58,326 nucleotides of DNA, taken from contig JAKAPZ010000001.1 in the NCBI GenBank assembly GCA_021822985.1, positions 1 through 58,326 on the forward strand, written 5' to 3'. A program made the position numbers and the translations under genes. This document shows, in pieces, positions 27,550 to 38,303 of the stretch. The stretch is from Thermoplasmata archaeon. GTDB taxonomy: Archaea; Thermoplasmatota; Thermoplasmata; Thermoplasmatales; Thermoplasmataceae. The notes beneath the pieces were generated by a model. The model searched no databases and was not told the DNA's origin. It saw only the letters and a list, made by a program, of their open reading frames with translations. How positions within the stretch are numbered: the first letter of the stretch is position 1; every line of letters begins with the position of its first letter.

Positions 27550-27800
27550 TGTGAAGACTACGTGCTCATCATTCAAGACCTGATCAATCCCGTAGGAAAG
27601 GGACTTGTCTATGACGTGGTTATCTTTGTCATTTTTGCTCCCGTAGCCTTTCCAATGGAACTAACACTCTTCTCGTCAGCATCCATCAGGATGAACCTTG
27701 CCCTATTATGCTCATTCATTGAGGTTGATCCGGAACTTACAATACTCTCATGCATTTTCCTCTCCCCCCGCTTGAGCACAATATGAGGTTATGTTTTCTG
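27550..27800 (-). mobile_element. Degenerate IS630-family transposase N-terminal fragment
   Basis: Minus strand gives HESIVSSGSTSMNEHNRARFILMDADEKSVSSIGKATG, then after a frameshift VIDKSLSYGIDQVLND, resembling the IS630 HTH region. Confidence 0.45.
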
Positions 27801-28055
27801 AAACACCATGATATCATATGGATTTCAGGTGTAAATAATAGCATTGTTGATTGGGAAACATTATACCAGATAAATTCAGGTGTTGTGTAATGGCTGAAGA
27901 ACAAGATATATACAGCATTGAGGAGTTCGAATGTTGTTAAGGCCTGTGAATACATGGATATGATCATCTGGCCTGTTGATGGAGGATTGAATTCTCATCA
28001 GGAATACTATAGAGAAACATAAGAACTTTATTATAGACTTGCCTGATTTGTTTCC

Positions 28056-28877
28056 ATGGATGTCAAAATTCCTTTCACATTCATTTCAGGCCATTTGATT
28101 GTTATCCCGATAACTTTGAATGATGAGGAACATAAATTTATTCTTGATACCGGAATTGGCGTTACTGTCATTTCCAGAAGAGTTGCTGAACATTTTAAAT
28201 TGAACCCCGATAGTTCGTTTTCCGGTAAGCGAATGTCGGGGCAGGAGGTTTCCATTCAGCTTGCAAGTATGAAGTCGGTTGGAGTGGGGCCAATTAAAAA
28301 AAGTGATGTGACTGTAGGGATTTTTGATATGTCATCCTTTCCTCCAGAATTAGGCGAAATTAGTGGAATACTGTCCCCGGGATTTCTTGAAGAAGTCGTA
28401 TTTACAGTCAACTATCAAACCAATGAAATCCTGTTAAGGGACGATTCGTTTATAATAGAGGATTCTGGCACAACCATCTCCCATATAGACCTCAAAAAGG
28501 AAGGCCCGTCTCTTTCCATATACATTGATGCCATAATACCGTCAGAAAGATTGGTTAAACTGGAGGTTGACAGTGGGAGCAGAATTTTAATTCTCAATTC
28601 TGCTTTTATGGAGGAGTTGAATATCGGAAAAGAAGAACCCGATACTAAGATCTTCAGGGGAACTGATGAGAGCGGCTACAACTTCACAAGATACCTTTCC
28701 ACTTTAGACGGAAAAATTTCTATTTCGAAAGCGGAAGAGATATTTCAGGTGAAACCGAAAGTCATGTTTCAGGATATAGTTTATGACGGGTTGCTCGGAA
28801 CTGAATTCCTGAAGAACTATAATGTGACCTATGATTTACTGCACAAAAAAATGGGTTTTTCTGCGTTTAAGCCTTAA
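28056..28877 (+). CDS. Two-domain retropepsin-like aspartyl protease
   Basis: FILDTG and LEVDSGS motifs; DGLLGTEFL. Confidence 0.85.
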   Translation: MDVKIPFTFISGHLIVIPITLNDEEHKFILDTGIGVTVISRRVAEHFKLNPDSSFSGKRMSGQEVSIQLASMKSVGVGPIKKSDVTVGIFDMSSFPPELGEISGILSPGFLEEVVFTVNYQTNEILLRDDSFIIEDSGTTISHIDLKKEGPSLSIYIDAIIPSERLVKLEVDSGSRILILNSAFMEELNIGKEEPDTKIFRGTDESGYNFTRYLSTLDGKISISKAEEIFQVKPKVMFQDIVYDGLLGTEFLKNYNVTYDLLHKKMGFSAFKP

Positions 28878-28954
28878 TTCACTTTTATTATTATGAACAA
28901 TTCTCATTTTCCTGTTTCTGCGTTCTATAATCAATAAAATGGTGCAGAACTCAG

Positions 28955-29935
28955 TTAATCTCTCTCTGTTGCTGCTTTGACGCGTTGAGCAGCTGCTGAA
29001 ACAGAAAATGCAATTTTCAAACTTTCAGCAAGATCCATCCCTTTCCGGGCATACTCAAGAGAATTATCTTTTTTTCCCGTCAGTTCTTCCAATCTGCTAT
29101 AAGTCAGAAAGACGAATACCAGTGCATTCTGCAGATTCATTTTATTTGCGAGTCTTTCTGCCTTGCGGCAATAGTCTGTGGCTTTCCTGAATTCACTACG
29201 ATCTGCATAAATTTCACTCACAAGCAGATTACTCAGAGGAAGTGTGAGTTTAAACTTCATCTCTTCACGCAGTCTTAGTGATTTCAGTGCAAATTGCAAT
29301 CTTTCCTCACCATCCACATGATCTGTTAGGTGGCGAAATGCCAGAGACAGGGCAAATTTATTCTTATGCTGTTCCGCAAGATTCATTGCGCGAATATAAT
29401 AATCCCTAGCCCTTCCCCGGTTACCTTCCATTTCAAATGTCAAGCCAACGAAAATAAGAGATTCAGGAAGATTAAACATGTCTCCAGCCTCTTCCAACAA
29501 ATTTGCACCATTCATCAATGTTTTCTGTGCAACCTGAATTTCCGGCTTTCCTGTTACAAGATTGTGATAATACTGGTTCTGGCCCTTTAGAAAAATAGAA
29601 TTGGCCATAAGAAATTTGTCATGAAGTTCATTAGCCATTTCCTGGAGAGAATTGAGAGTTGCATTTATCAGATCATCTCCCGATCCTGTGTAAAAGTAGG
29701 TGTTCACCATAATTTTTCCACACGTTTGGAGAAATTTCGCCTTATCGGCCAGTTGGATTTCAGGCAGTTCCAGAAATTCAGTTGATACCTTGAGCGAATA
29801 TACTGCTTTGTTGAGCATTCCTTCATAATAATACATATTTGACGTATCGCCAATTGCTTTGAGAATGCGTGAGAAATTAGAATGTATTCCCCTGATTCCT
29901 GTTGTCTTGCTTGTCAGATTGTGCAGTTTTGCCAT
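28955..29935 (-). CDS. Tetratricopeptide-repeat protein
   Basis: TPR-like helices (GLTFEMEGNRGRARDYYIRAMNLA, EIYADRSEFRKATDYCRKA). Confidence 0.75.
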   Translation of the reverse strand: MAKLHNLTSKTTGIRGIHSNFSRILKAIGDTSNMYYYEGMLNKAVYSLKVSTEFLELPEIQLADKAKFLQTCGKIMVNTYFYTGSGDDLINATLNSLQEMANELHDKFLMANSIFLKGQNQYYHNLVTGKPEIQVAQKTLMNGANLLEEAGDMFNLPESLIFVGLTFEMEGNRGRARDYYIRAMNLAEQHKNKFALSLAFRHLTDHVDGEERLQFALKSLRLREEMKFKLTLPLSNLLVSEIYADRSEFRKATDYCRKAERLANKMNLQNALVFVFLTYSRLEELTGKKDNSLEYARKGMDLAESLKIAFSVSAAAQRVKAATERD

Positions 29936-30197
29936 TTATATTTCACCACAAATCCCAAAAAAGAATATTGACAGTAAATTAATAGTTTATGAAGGTTCTA
30001 ATATTCTCTTCATGTCTGAATACTACCTGTGAGAGATGATCAAATTAAACATGGCAAGGCTTCATGTTAAATTGCGATAAAGTTTATCCAAATACGAAGA
30101 AATCAGTTAAGCAAAAAGACACACTAAATCAGAAAACTTATTTTTAGAGAGATAAAAATTATAATATTACTTTGTAGAAAATTGGAATATAAAAAAA

Positions 30198-30572
30198 TTA
30201 ATGAGAAAGTGCGTAGTCAGTTTTGAACTGCCTGAGATCCTTAATGTTTACCTTAACCTCCTCAATTTTCTGCTCAAGATCCTGGATGATTTCCTCAAGT
30301 ATCTCGTCAAAATCCTTTGAAAGTCTGTAACCATGGACTGGTCTGCCCTTCCCTTCCTTCTTCATGTTTCTTTTGTTTATCCAGCCCTTTCTCCTGAGCC
30401 ACTGCATTGCAATGGAAACCTCTGGCTGTCTCAGTCCTGTCTCCCTCTCTATTTCTACACTTGTTACCTCTTCCTTTCCCTTTGCGTAAACAAGTGTGAA
30501 GGCAACGCTTCTCGGTATGCTTGACATAACAAGAATCTTTGCCATTTTGTTTTCTTCAGTAGACATTGTCAT
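30198..30572 (-). CDS. Archaeal winged-helix transcriptional regulator (TrmB-like/COG4738-type)
   Basis: TSVEIERETGLRQPEVSIAM..LR..GWI and KGKGRP..Y motifs. Confidence 0.85.
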   Translation of the reverse strand: MTMSTEENKMAKILVMSSIPRSVAFTLVYAKGKEEVTSVEIERETGLRQPEVSIAMQWLRRKGWINKRNMKKEGKGRPVHGYRLSKDFDEILEEIIQDLEQKIEEVKVNIKDLRQFKTDYALSH

Positions 30573-30715
30573 ACTTATCAATACCTAATATAATTATCAC
30601 ATATATATTCTTATAAAAATAAGTTTAAAAACTTACATACAACAAAATAAAATATGACATCCTATCCATCGCAAGCTCAATGGCTTTCTTGCCCATATTT
30701 TTTGTAAGTTTAAAA

Positions 30716-30985
30716 TTATTTAGATTTGGCAAGTGCTTCCAGTTTGCTTATAACTGTATAGAGTTCAGCCCTTCCATGTGAAGGTACATTGGGATCATTT
30801 GAACTTTCATCCAGAATTGCGATCGCAGTTGCACATCTAATGTCAAGGCTCGTCTTGTTCTCATCCATTTTTGTTTTGGCATCCTGTGCATTCTTCCTTA
30901 CATTCTTTGGGACAGATGTGTCCTGAGACATCTCATCCAGCAGATACACCACTTCATCAAACAACTTTTTGTCCATATTTATCAC
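30716..30985 (-). CDS. UPF0147 family protein
   Basis: DTSVPKNVR and LDE.SNDPNVP.HGR motifs. Confidence 0.88.
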   Translation of the reverse strand: MINMDKKLFDEVVYLLDEMSQDTSVPKNVRKNAQDAKTKMDENKTSLDIRCATAIAILDESSNDPNVPSHGRAELYTVISKLEALAKSK

Positions 30986-31296
30986 TCCACAAAAATTCTC
31001 CTGTTCTCCTTCTTAATTCCTATAACCATCATTGTTTTTGAGTCCTTCACTCCGGGTATTTTGCTTAACTTGCTAAGCAGATATTTCTGGAACTCACCGT
31101 ATGTAGGGAATCTTACCTTTACCAAAATGTCAAATTCCCCTGTAACGACGAAAACATCTTCGACATTGTTCTCGTGAAGAACAAGAGTGGCGATGTTCTC
31201 CACCTGACTGATATCAACTCTGAGGCCAACGATTGCAGTAACTATCTTCTTGTCATAATACCTGTCCATGTCATCTTCCACAGTGTGATTTTCCAT
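30982..31296 (-). CDS. Stand-alone Lrp/AsnC ligand-binding (RAM) domain protein
   Basis: VVTGEFDILVKV and KIPGVKDSKT motifs; no HTH. Confidence 0.85.
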   Translation of the reverse strand: MENHTVEDDMDRYYDKKIVTAIVGLRVDISQVENIATLVLHENNVEDVFVVTGEFDILVKVRFPTYGEFQKYLLSKLSKIPGVKDSKTMMVIGIKKENRRIFVE

Positions 31297-31499
31297 TAAA
31301 GCACCTCAAAAAGTTTATAGTAATTGAGTTCGACTTTTTAAAGTTTACAATCTGTCAGGAAAAGTAACATAAAAGAAATTGTCCATGCTTTATAAGCTGC
31401 CGGATTCTTATCATGTTCTGCCTGAAACATTTTTCCAAAGACATTTCCATATATACTGAAATCACAAAAATATTAAGATGCCAAATTCAATCAGGTATT

Positions 31500-32558
31500 A
31501 TGATAAACAGGCAACTGGCAATGAAAGTGAAATCTCTGATGCCATCGAGAGAAAGAGAGAGTGACGTCAACTCGCCAGTTTCCATGTGGAATGAGCTTGA
31601 TAGATTGCGTGGGAAATCTGAGGAAACTGCAGTTGTCATATTCAGGACAAGAGGCTGCGCATGGTACGATTTTTCGTCCTGTTCCATGTGCGGATACTTC
31701 AATGATGTCAATACAAATGTTACACTTGAAAACCTTAAATCCCAGATGGATAAAATGAATGATTTTATTGAAAGCCAGAAGGTACTCAAAGTCTTCACCT
31801 CCGGAAGTTTCCTTGATAGAAGGGAGGTGCCGGATGAGGCTCTGCATTACTTCATTAAGACAATAGGCGGGAAGGTTGAGAAACTTCTGGTGGAATCCAG
31901 GACTGAATTCATAACTGAAAAAACCATGATGCCGCTGAAAGATAGCGGAATATCAACACGAATTGCCATAGGAGTTGAAAGCACAAATGATGCCATCATC
32001 AAGAACAGTATCAACAAGGGAACCAATTTTAAAAAATTTGTGGAAGCAGCGAACAGAGTCAGAAACACCGGCTTTGAACTCAGGAGTTATCTTCTCCTAA
32101 AGCCCCCTTATCTTGGCGAAGAATTAGCGGTGAGAGATGCAGTAAAATCAGCACAGGACTGCGCGCCATACTCAACGGATGTATCCGTAAATCCCATGAA
32201 CATACAGAAAAACACACTGGTTGAGTCTCTCTGGAAGAAGGGGATCTACAGGCCCCCATGGCTCTGGAGCGTTGCAAGGGTGCTATTGGAATGCGAGAAA
32301 TTGCCAGTAGAGGTTCTTTCTTATCCAACAGGCGGGAATTCTGAAAGAGGTGCGCACAACAACTCGAAGGATCCTGATCTTCTTAAACTCATATTTGATG
32401 CCTCTCTTGAACAGAACTTTGATGCTCTGAGAGAGTACTACAATAAGGCAAACCTGTCAGTCTACAGAAAGTACATGGAAGTGGAAGGGGGCCTTCCTGA
32501 GACAGTGGATATGGATTCGAGAATAAGGAAGATGAAGAGCGGCGCGGTGGAGTTCTGA
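31500..32558 (+). CDS. Archaeosine biosynthesis radical SAM protein RaSEA
   Basis: RTRGCAW....CSMCGY, FTSGSFLD, ESR.EF, YLLLKPP, YRPPWLWS and RGAHN motifs. Confidence 0.88.
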   Translation: MINRQLAMKVKSLMPSRERESDVNSPVSMWNELDRLRGKSEETAVVIFRTRGCAWYDFSSCSMCGYFNDVNTNVTLENLKSQMDKMNDFIESQKVLKVFTSGSFLDRREVPDEALHYFIKTIGGKVEKLLVESRTEFITEKTMMPLKDSGISTRIAIGVESTNDAIIKNSINKGTNFKKFVEAANRVRNTGFELRSYLLLKPPYLGEELAVRDAVKSAQDCAPYSTDVSVNPMNIQKNTLVESLWKKGIYRPPWLWSVARVLLECEKLPVEVLSYPTGGNSERGAHNNSKDPDLLKLIFDASLEQNFDALREYYNKANLSVYRKYMEVEGGLPETVDMDSRIRKMKSGAVEF

Positions 32559-33514
32559 TGGATACAAGACATAAGGAAGAGAGAGAACTCATAAGGAAAA
32601 TTTTTGAAACGGCAGGAATTTCTGCGCCTAAAGATGATTGTTCCATTGTACCCCGAAAAGACACAAACATTCTTCTTACGATGGATTCCATAACACTCAG
32701 AACCCATATTCCTGAAGGTGTAAGTGCATTCAATGCAGGAGAATTTTTCGTCAACATAAACCTGAGCGATGTTGCAGCTATGGCTGCAGAGCCTGAGATT
32801 TTTATGGCATCTTTCGTGATCAGGGATGACCTGAGTGAAGAATATATCTCAGAATTTGTGAAGGGAATGAAATCGGCACTTGAAAAATTTAATGTCGGGT
32901 ATATAGGGGGAGATACAAAATCTGGTGAAGATAATGTGTTCACCGGATTTTGCATGGGAGAACAGCTCAAGGATATGACCAGAAAAAGATCAGATATAGG
33001 AAAGGATCAGATTGTTTGCGTCACCAACTCTATAGGGAGAGTTGGGGCAGCGTTCCTTAACTATAAACACGGTGTAGACCTAAAAAATGCTGCAGAAATA
33101 ATTCGGATTGAGCCAAGAATAAAGGAAGCTCTGGAACTGAGCAGACTTGGGGCACGATTCATGATGGATATTTCTGATGGCCTGTTTGGTTCCATATCAC
33201 AGATGAAGGATGATTATGGAATAGGATTCAGGATAGTTCAGAGTGAACTTCCACTTCATCCTTCAGTTTTCAGGACTTCGGAAAGGTATGGAATCCCTGC
33301 TCTGGAAATTGGATGCAACATAGGCGGCGATTATGAACTCCTGTTCACCATAGAAAATGACAACTACGGTGAATTTTCCAAAAAAATGAGTGAACTTGGA
33401 ATAAATGTAAGTTATATTGGAACCACATGGGAAGGCGGCAATATGATTTTTGATGGGGAAATGTGGAACAATATAGATAAAAAAGGCTGGGATAATTTTT
33501 CAAAGGAGTATTGA
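32558..33514 (+). CDS. thiL: Thiamine-monophosphate kinase
   Basis: DDC, NLSDVAAM, GGDT, MDISDGL and GGDYELLFT motifs. Confidence 0.92.
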   Translation: MDTRHKEERELIRKIFETAGISAPKDDCSIVPRKDTNILLTMDSITLRTHIPEGVSAFNAGEFFVNINLSDVAAMAAEPEIFMASFVIRDDLSEEYISEFVKGMKSALEKFNVGYIGGDTKSGEDNVFTGFCMGEQLKDMTRKRSDIGKDQIVCVTNSIGRVGAAFLNYKHGVDLKNAAEIIRIEPRIKEALELSRLGARFMMDISDGLFGSISQMKDDYGIGFRIVQSELPLHPSVFRTSERYGIPALEIGCNIGGDYELLFTIENDNYGEFSKKMSELGINVSYIGTTWEGGNMIFDGEMWNNIDKKGWDNFSKEY

Positions 33515-36500
33515 AATTTTCACATTCCTTCCGTCAATGTCCCATTCCTTCTCTGCGTTAAAGATCTTCCTATCTGGATTTATTAAATCTTCCGTGAGAG
33601 TCTCATCCTTTATCCTGTTTCCGAAATGCTTCAGAACCACATTTGTGAGCTCGTCTCCTTCAACGCAAACTTTTATTTTTCTGTCATATTCCAGATTCAG
33701 TTCCTTCCTCATTATCTGTATACGCCTTACTATCTCCCTGCTCAATCCTTCCTGCTCCAGTGCTGTATCAATTTCCCTGTTGAGATAGACTTCTATTCCA
33801 GAATCGCTTTCCATGACGAACTCTGGATCTGGGACATCCGTGAAAAGCAGTGAATTATCCGGGAGTTTTATTCCCATAAACTCTGCATGATCTTTCAGGA
33901 ATGAACTGGCTTTTCCATCCCTGTTGGCATTTTCAACAAGGCTGAGGAATGAATTGAGATTTGATTTGAGCAATGGTGCGACCACAGACATATTTGCCTT
34001 TGCGACTGAACTCAGGGGCCTTTCCTTCTTTCCTATTATTGAAATTATCTTTGCATTGAGTTCTTCAGATATTGCATCTACCCCTTCCTTTATTATGCTT
34101 TCTGCATAGATCAGGATGCTTTTAACCGGCTGTCTTCCCTTTATTCCTGCAGACTGCCTTGCTCTTCTGGTGAGTTCAAGTGCAGTGAGTGCAGATTCCA
34201 TTGCCTTTTCCATGTCTTGATTTACCATCTCTGGATCATGTTCCGGGTAAAGCGCAGCATGAACACTCAGAGAATTTTCATGGAGGTTCCTGTATATGTA
34301 TTCTGTCGTAAATGGGGCTATGGGAGCAAGCAACAGGCATATGGTCTCTATGGCAGTGAACAGCACACTGTATGATGGCAGCTTATTTGTGAGTGGAACG
34401 GATGAATCCCAGAATCTTCTCCTTGAAAGCCTGAGATAGGAGTTTGATGTCTCTTCTATAAGGCGTGCTATGTATCTCTGGGCATCGTGGAATTCGTACG
34501 AATCCATAGCTTTTGCCGTATCCGATATGGTCGTGTTTATTCTGGAAAGAAGCCACCTGTCAAGAAGGTTGTCACTGTGCATTATTCCCTTATGAACATA
34601 TCCATCCAGGGACGCATTGGATGCAAAGAAACTGTAAAGATTGAGAAGCGTGCCAAGTATTTTGGTTTCGTTCTCCCTTACCAGTTTATCCACAAGAGGT
34701 TTGGGTTTCCATACTGCTGTCGAATAAAAGAACAGCCTTGATGAATCTGCACCAAACCTGTCGAGAAGTTCCATGGCAAGAACGCCATTTCCCTTGCTCT
34801 TGCTCATCTTTTTACCAGTTTCGTCAAGTATGAATTCAGCACACAGAACGTTTTCATATGCATTTGTCCTGAAAAGCATGGTAGATATTGCATGGAGTGT
34901 GTAGAACCATCCCCTTGTCTGATCTATGGCCTCTGATATGTAAGATATTGGGAGTTCCGGAGGTTCAGTCCTTTCATGCGGATAATGGAGTGCTGCATAA
35001 GTTGCACTTCCTGAATCAAACCATGTGTCTATTACAAATGGCTCCCTTTTCATCTTTCCTCCGCATTCGCCGCATTTCAGGTATATATTGTCCACATATG
35101 GCCTGTGCAATTCCTGTGGCAGTTCTTCAGCACCGTTTTCAAGCAGTTCTTTTCTTGAGCCTATGGCTTTGGTGTGCCCATTTTCGCATGTCCATACAGG
35201 CAGGGGTGTCCCCCAGTACCTGTTCCTTGAGAGGTTCCAGTCCTTTGCGTCCTCTATGAAGTTCCCAAATCTCCCATTCTTGAGATGATCCGGGACCCAG
35301 TTGACTCGTGAGTTGTATTCCACCATATCCTTTGAATAGGCAGAAACGCGGATGAACCATGCATCTGTTGGATAGTAAAGAAGAGGGGTGTCGCACCTGT
35401 AGCAGAATGGATAAGAATGCTCGTATTTTTCGCTTTTAAGGACAAGTCCCTTCTCCTTGAGATACTTCACTATAGGAATATCTGCTTCCTTCACGAACAT
35501 GTCCTTCCACGGGAGTTTTTCGTCTCTGAATCTTCCATGCAAGTCCACCGGATTGAGTAGGCCTGTGCCGTATTTCTTTCCCAGATCAAAATCTTCAGTC
35601 CCGAAGGCAGGGGCTGTGTGTACTATGCCAGTTCCTTCGTCCAGTGTGACATGATTTCCATCGACTATCCTGCATGACTTATTGCCTGCTTCAAGAAACT
35701 CTATTGGACGGATATAATCCTTGCCAAGAAGTTCTTTTCCCGGGTAAGTTTTAAGTATTGTATGATCTCCCGGAAATATCTTTGAAACAAGATTGCTGGC
35801 AACTATATACACGGTTCCCTCGTATTCCACGTCTGCATATTCCACTTTGCTGTTCACTGCAAGAAGCAGGTTCGACGGGATTGTCCAGGGTGTGGTTGTC
35901 CATGCGAGCACATATCTGTCGTCATCCTTGAGCCTGAACTTGACATATATGGATGTGTCTTTCACATTTTTATATCCCTGTGCGAGCTCGTGTGAACTGA
36001 GTGTGGTTTCACATCTGGGGCAGTAAGGGGATATCCTGAAATCCTTATACATGTCTTTTCTTTCAAATAATGTTTTTAAAGCCCACCATTCACTTTCTAT
36101 GTAATCGTCCCTGAGTGTCACATAAGCTGTGTCCCTCTTTATCCAGTATCCTATGCTCCTGTCTACCTGATTCCAGTCATCTATGTACCTGAACACGCTT
36201 TCTTTGCAATATTTGTTGAACTTCTCAACACCAAATTTTTCAATTTCATCCTTGGTCTTGAAACCAAAGTGTTTTTCAGCCTCCAGTTCCACTGGAAGGC
36301 CATGGCAATCCCATCCTGCATCCCTTCGCTCTATGCTGTACCCCTTCATTGTCTTATACCTGAGAGCAGTGTCTTTCATTGCTCTGGTGAGCGCATGTCC
36401 CACATGGGCCCTTCCGTTGGCTGTAGGGGGGCCCTCGAGAAATATGAATTTTTTTGAGTTTTTCCTGGATTCAGTAATTTTCTGGAATATATTTTCTGAT

Positions 36501-36571
36501 TCCCAATACTCCAGAACTTCCTTCCATATGCTTCGTATGTTGGTATTATTATTGATCGGCTTAAAACTCAT
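33500..36571 (-). CDS. ileS: Isoleucine--tRNA ligase
   Basis: EGPPTANGRAHVGH, GWDCHGLPVE, WTTTPWT, SRNRYWGTPLP, DQTRGWF and KMSKS; alternative TTG start at 36592. Confidence 0.97.
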   Translation of the reverse strand: MSFKPINNNTNIRSIWKEVLEYWESENIFQKITESRKNSKKFIFLEGPPTANGRAHVGHALTRAMKDTALRYKTMKGYSIERRDAGWDCHGLPVELEAEKHFGFKTKDEIEKFGVEKFNKYCKESVFRYIDDWNQVDRSIGYWIKRDTAYVTLRDDYIESEWWALKTLFERKDMYKDFRISPYCPRCETTLSSHELAQGYKNVKDTSIYVKFRLKDDDRYVLAWTTTPWTIPSNLLLAVNSKVEYADVEYEGTVYIVASNLVSKIFPGDHTILKTYPGKELLGKDYIRPIEFLEAGNKSCRIVDGNHVTLDEGTGIVHTAPAFGTEDFDLGKKYGTGLLNPVDLHGRFRDEKLPWKDMFVKEADIPIVKYLKEKGLVLKSEKYEHSYPFCYRCDTPLLYYPTDAWFIRVSAYSKDMVEYNSRVNWVPDHLKNGRFGNFIEDAKDWNLSRNRYWGTPLPVWTCENGHTKAIGSRKELLENGAEELPQELHRPYVDNIYLKCGECGGKMKREPFVIDTWFDSGSATYAALHYPHERTEPPELPISYISEAIDQTRGWFYTLHAISTMLFRTNAYENVLCAEFILDETGKKMSKSKGNGVLAMELLDRFGADSSRLFFYSTAVWKPKPLVDKLVRENETKILGTLLNLYSFFASNASLDGYVHKGIMHSDNLLDRWLLSRINTTISDTAKAMDSYEFHDAQRYIARLIEETSNSYLRLSRRRFWDSSVPLTNKLPSYSVLFTAIETICLLLAPIAPFTTEYIYRNLHENSLSVHAALYPEHDPEMVNQDMEKAMESALTALELTRRARQSAGIKGRQPVKSILIYAESIIKEGVDAISEELNAKIISIIGKKERPLSSVAKANMSVVAPLLKSNLNSFLSLVENANRDGKASSFLKDHAEFMGIKLPDNSLLFTDVPDPEFVMESDSGIEVYLNREIDTALEQEGLSREIVRRIQIMRKELNLEYDRKIKVCVEGDELTNVVLKHFGNRIKDETLTEDLINPDRKIFNAEKEWDIDGRNVKISILL

Positions 36572-36662
36572 TTCGTTCTTCACAGTATTCAAAACTAACT
36601 CATAAAACTATTTAAATGATTAAACGGATAAACCCTAATAAACCAATTAATAATACACCATC

Positions 36663-37277
36663 ATGAGTTTTGACAGTTATGAAAAATTGCTTAATGACGC
36701 TTCAGACATTCTTTCGGCATCCACAGTGAGCCAGGAGAGGCTCAAGATTCCAAAACCAATGCTTATGGAAGAGGGAAAACAGACCATCGTGAGGAATTTC
36801 ATGGACATACTGGACATTATAAACAGGAATGACAGGGATGTTTCCAAGTTCTTCATGAAAGAGTTCGGCATCGGAGTCAATGTGGAGGGAAGAAGACTCA
36901 TAATCAACAGGAAAGTGACGGATGAGGAGTTCAATACAAAACTTGAGCAGTACCTGAATGTATACGTCAGATGTTATGAATGCAACTCTCCCGATACAGA
37001 AATTGTGAAGGAGGGAAGAGTTAATGTGATCAGGTGCAAGGCATGTGGTGCCCAGCATCCAATCAGCCCTTCAAGGGAACTTACAATAAACAGGGATCAG
37101 ATAGAAGAGGGCAAGAAATACACCGTTACCATAACAGAACTGGGAAAATCCGGAGAAGGGAGAAGCAAGCTCTATGGATATACCATAATTGTTCCTGGAA
37201 CAAAGAAAGGGCAGACAGTTCTGGTAGAAGTGAAGAAGATAAGAGAAGGTACTGCGATTGCCCAGATTGTCAAATAA
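36663..37277 (+). CDS. eif2b: Translation initiation factor aIF-2 beta with C-terminal TRAM domain
   Basis: YEKLL, T.VRNF, YVRCYECNSPDT...C.ACGA zinc ribbon; TRAM-like tail. Confidence 0.93.
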   Translation: MSFDSYEKLLNDASDILSASTVSQERLKIPKPMLMEEGKQTIVRNFMDILDIINRNDRDVSKFFMKEFGIGVNVEGRRLIINRKVTDEEFNTKLEQYLNVYVRCYECNSPDTEIVKEGRVNVIRCKACGAQHPISPSRELTINRDQIEEGKKYTVTITELGKSGEGRSKLYGYTIIVPGTKKGQTVLVEVKKIREGTAIAQIVK

Positions 37278-37626
37278 CATAGCCCTTGCTGATACAAATA
37301 TACTGATTTATTCTGTCAGGCAGAAAATAGATCTGATTGGTGAGGTGAAATCTCTGAGTTTTAATCTTGTTACTTCCACCTGCGTAATGGAGGAACTCTC
37401 TAAACTCTCGCACAGAAATGCATATGCAAAGATTGCAAAAGACGTATATTCAGAAATTGAAGTTGTTCATGGCGAAGGACTTGGAGATGACTGCATTCTT
37501 GATGCATGCAGCAAAAATAACCTTGTTCTTATCAGCAATGACAGAATACTGTGCGACAGGGCTATGAAAAAAGGAATAGCTGTGTTGAACATTGAAGATG
37601 GGAGAAAATTGACATGGAGAAGATAG
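37258..37626 (+). CDS. PIN-domain nuclease (Fcf1/Utp24-like)
   Basis: LADTNIL, V..EL, GDDCI and ISNDR.L motifs. Confidence 0.82.
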   Translation: MPRLSNNIALADTNILIYSVRQKIDLIGEVKSLSFNLVTSTCVMEELSKLSHRNAYAKIAKDVYSEIEVVHGEGLGDDCILDACSKNNLVLISNDRILCDRAMKKGIAVLNIEDGRKLTWRR

Positions 37627-38288
37627 ATAAGCTCAATGAGAAATATTATCACATCCTTAAGGTGATAGCCCAGAAGAAAGGTGACGAGAAACATCTCAGA
37701 ATCACATCCGGTGAACTTGCTTCCCTCACTGGAATGAGCCAGCAGAATGCCTCAAGGATTATTCTTGAAATGGGAAATGAAGGGATAATCGACAGGAAAA
37801 TTTCAGGAAGGCATCAGGATATCTCAATAACTGAAACAGGACTGGATATCCTGTACGGAGAATTTGCTGAACTTTCCCAGATTCTTGGGACGGGAAAATC
37901 CACATCCATTAGCGGTATTGTCCAGAGTGGGCTTGGAGAGGGCAGGTACTATGTTGCAAAGAAACCATACCTTGTTCAGTTCAGTGAAAAACTGGAAATG
38001 ATTCCTTATCCCGGAACACTCAATGTGAAGGTTGACAACAGCGATGAAAAAACTTTAAGGCATATCAGGGCAAGAAAGGGCATCCTCATTGAGGGATTCA
38101 GTTCAGACGACAGAACCTATGGTGCTGTCAAGGCATTCAGGTGTTCCATAAAGGGAGTTGCTTGTGCACTGATTTTCCCGTACAGATCAATTTACCGGGA
38201 TGTCATGGAAATAATTTCTCATATTTATCTGAGAGAAACATTGAATCTTAAGGACGGAGACAGCATAGAGATAAAATTTGATTTCTAG
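37614..38288 (+). CDS. ribK: CTP-dependent riboflavin kinase with N-terminal HTH (RbkR-type)
   Basis: HTH SQQNASR; SGLGEGRYY, PYPGTLN and LR..LNLKDGD motifs. Confidence 0.92.
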   Translation: MEKIDKLNEKYYHILKVIAQKKGDEKHLRITSGELASLTGMSQQNASRIILEMGNEGIIDRKISGRHQDISITETGLDILYGEFAELSQILGTGKSTSISGIVQSGLGEGRYYVAKKPYLVQFSEKLEMIPYPGTLNVKVDNSDEKTLRHIRARKGILIEGFSSDDRTYGAVKAFRCSIKGVACALIFPYRSIYRDVMEIISHIYLRETLNLKDGDSIEIKFDF

Positions 38289-38303
38289 AAGTTATTTTCT
38301 GTT

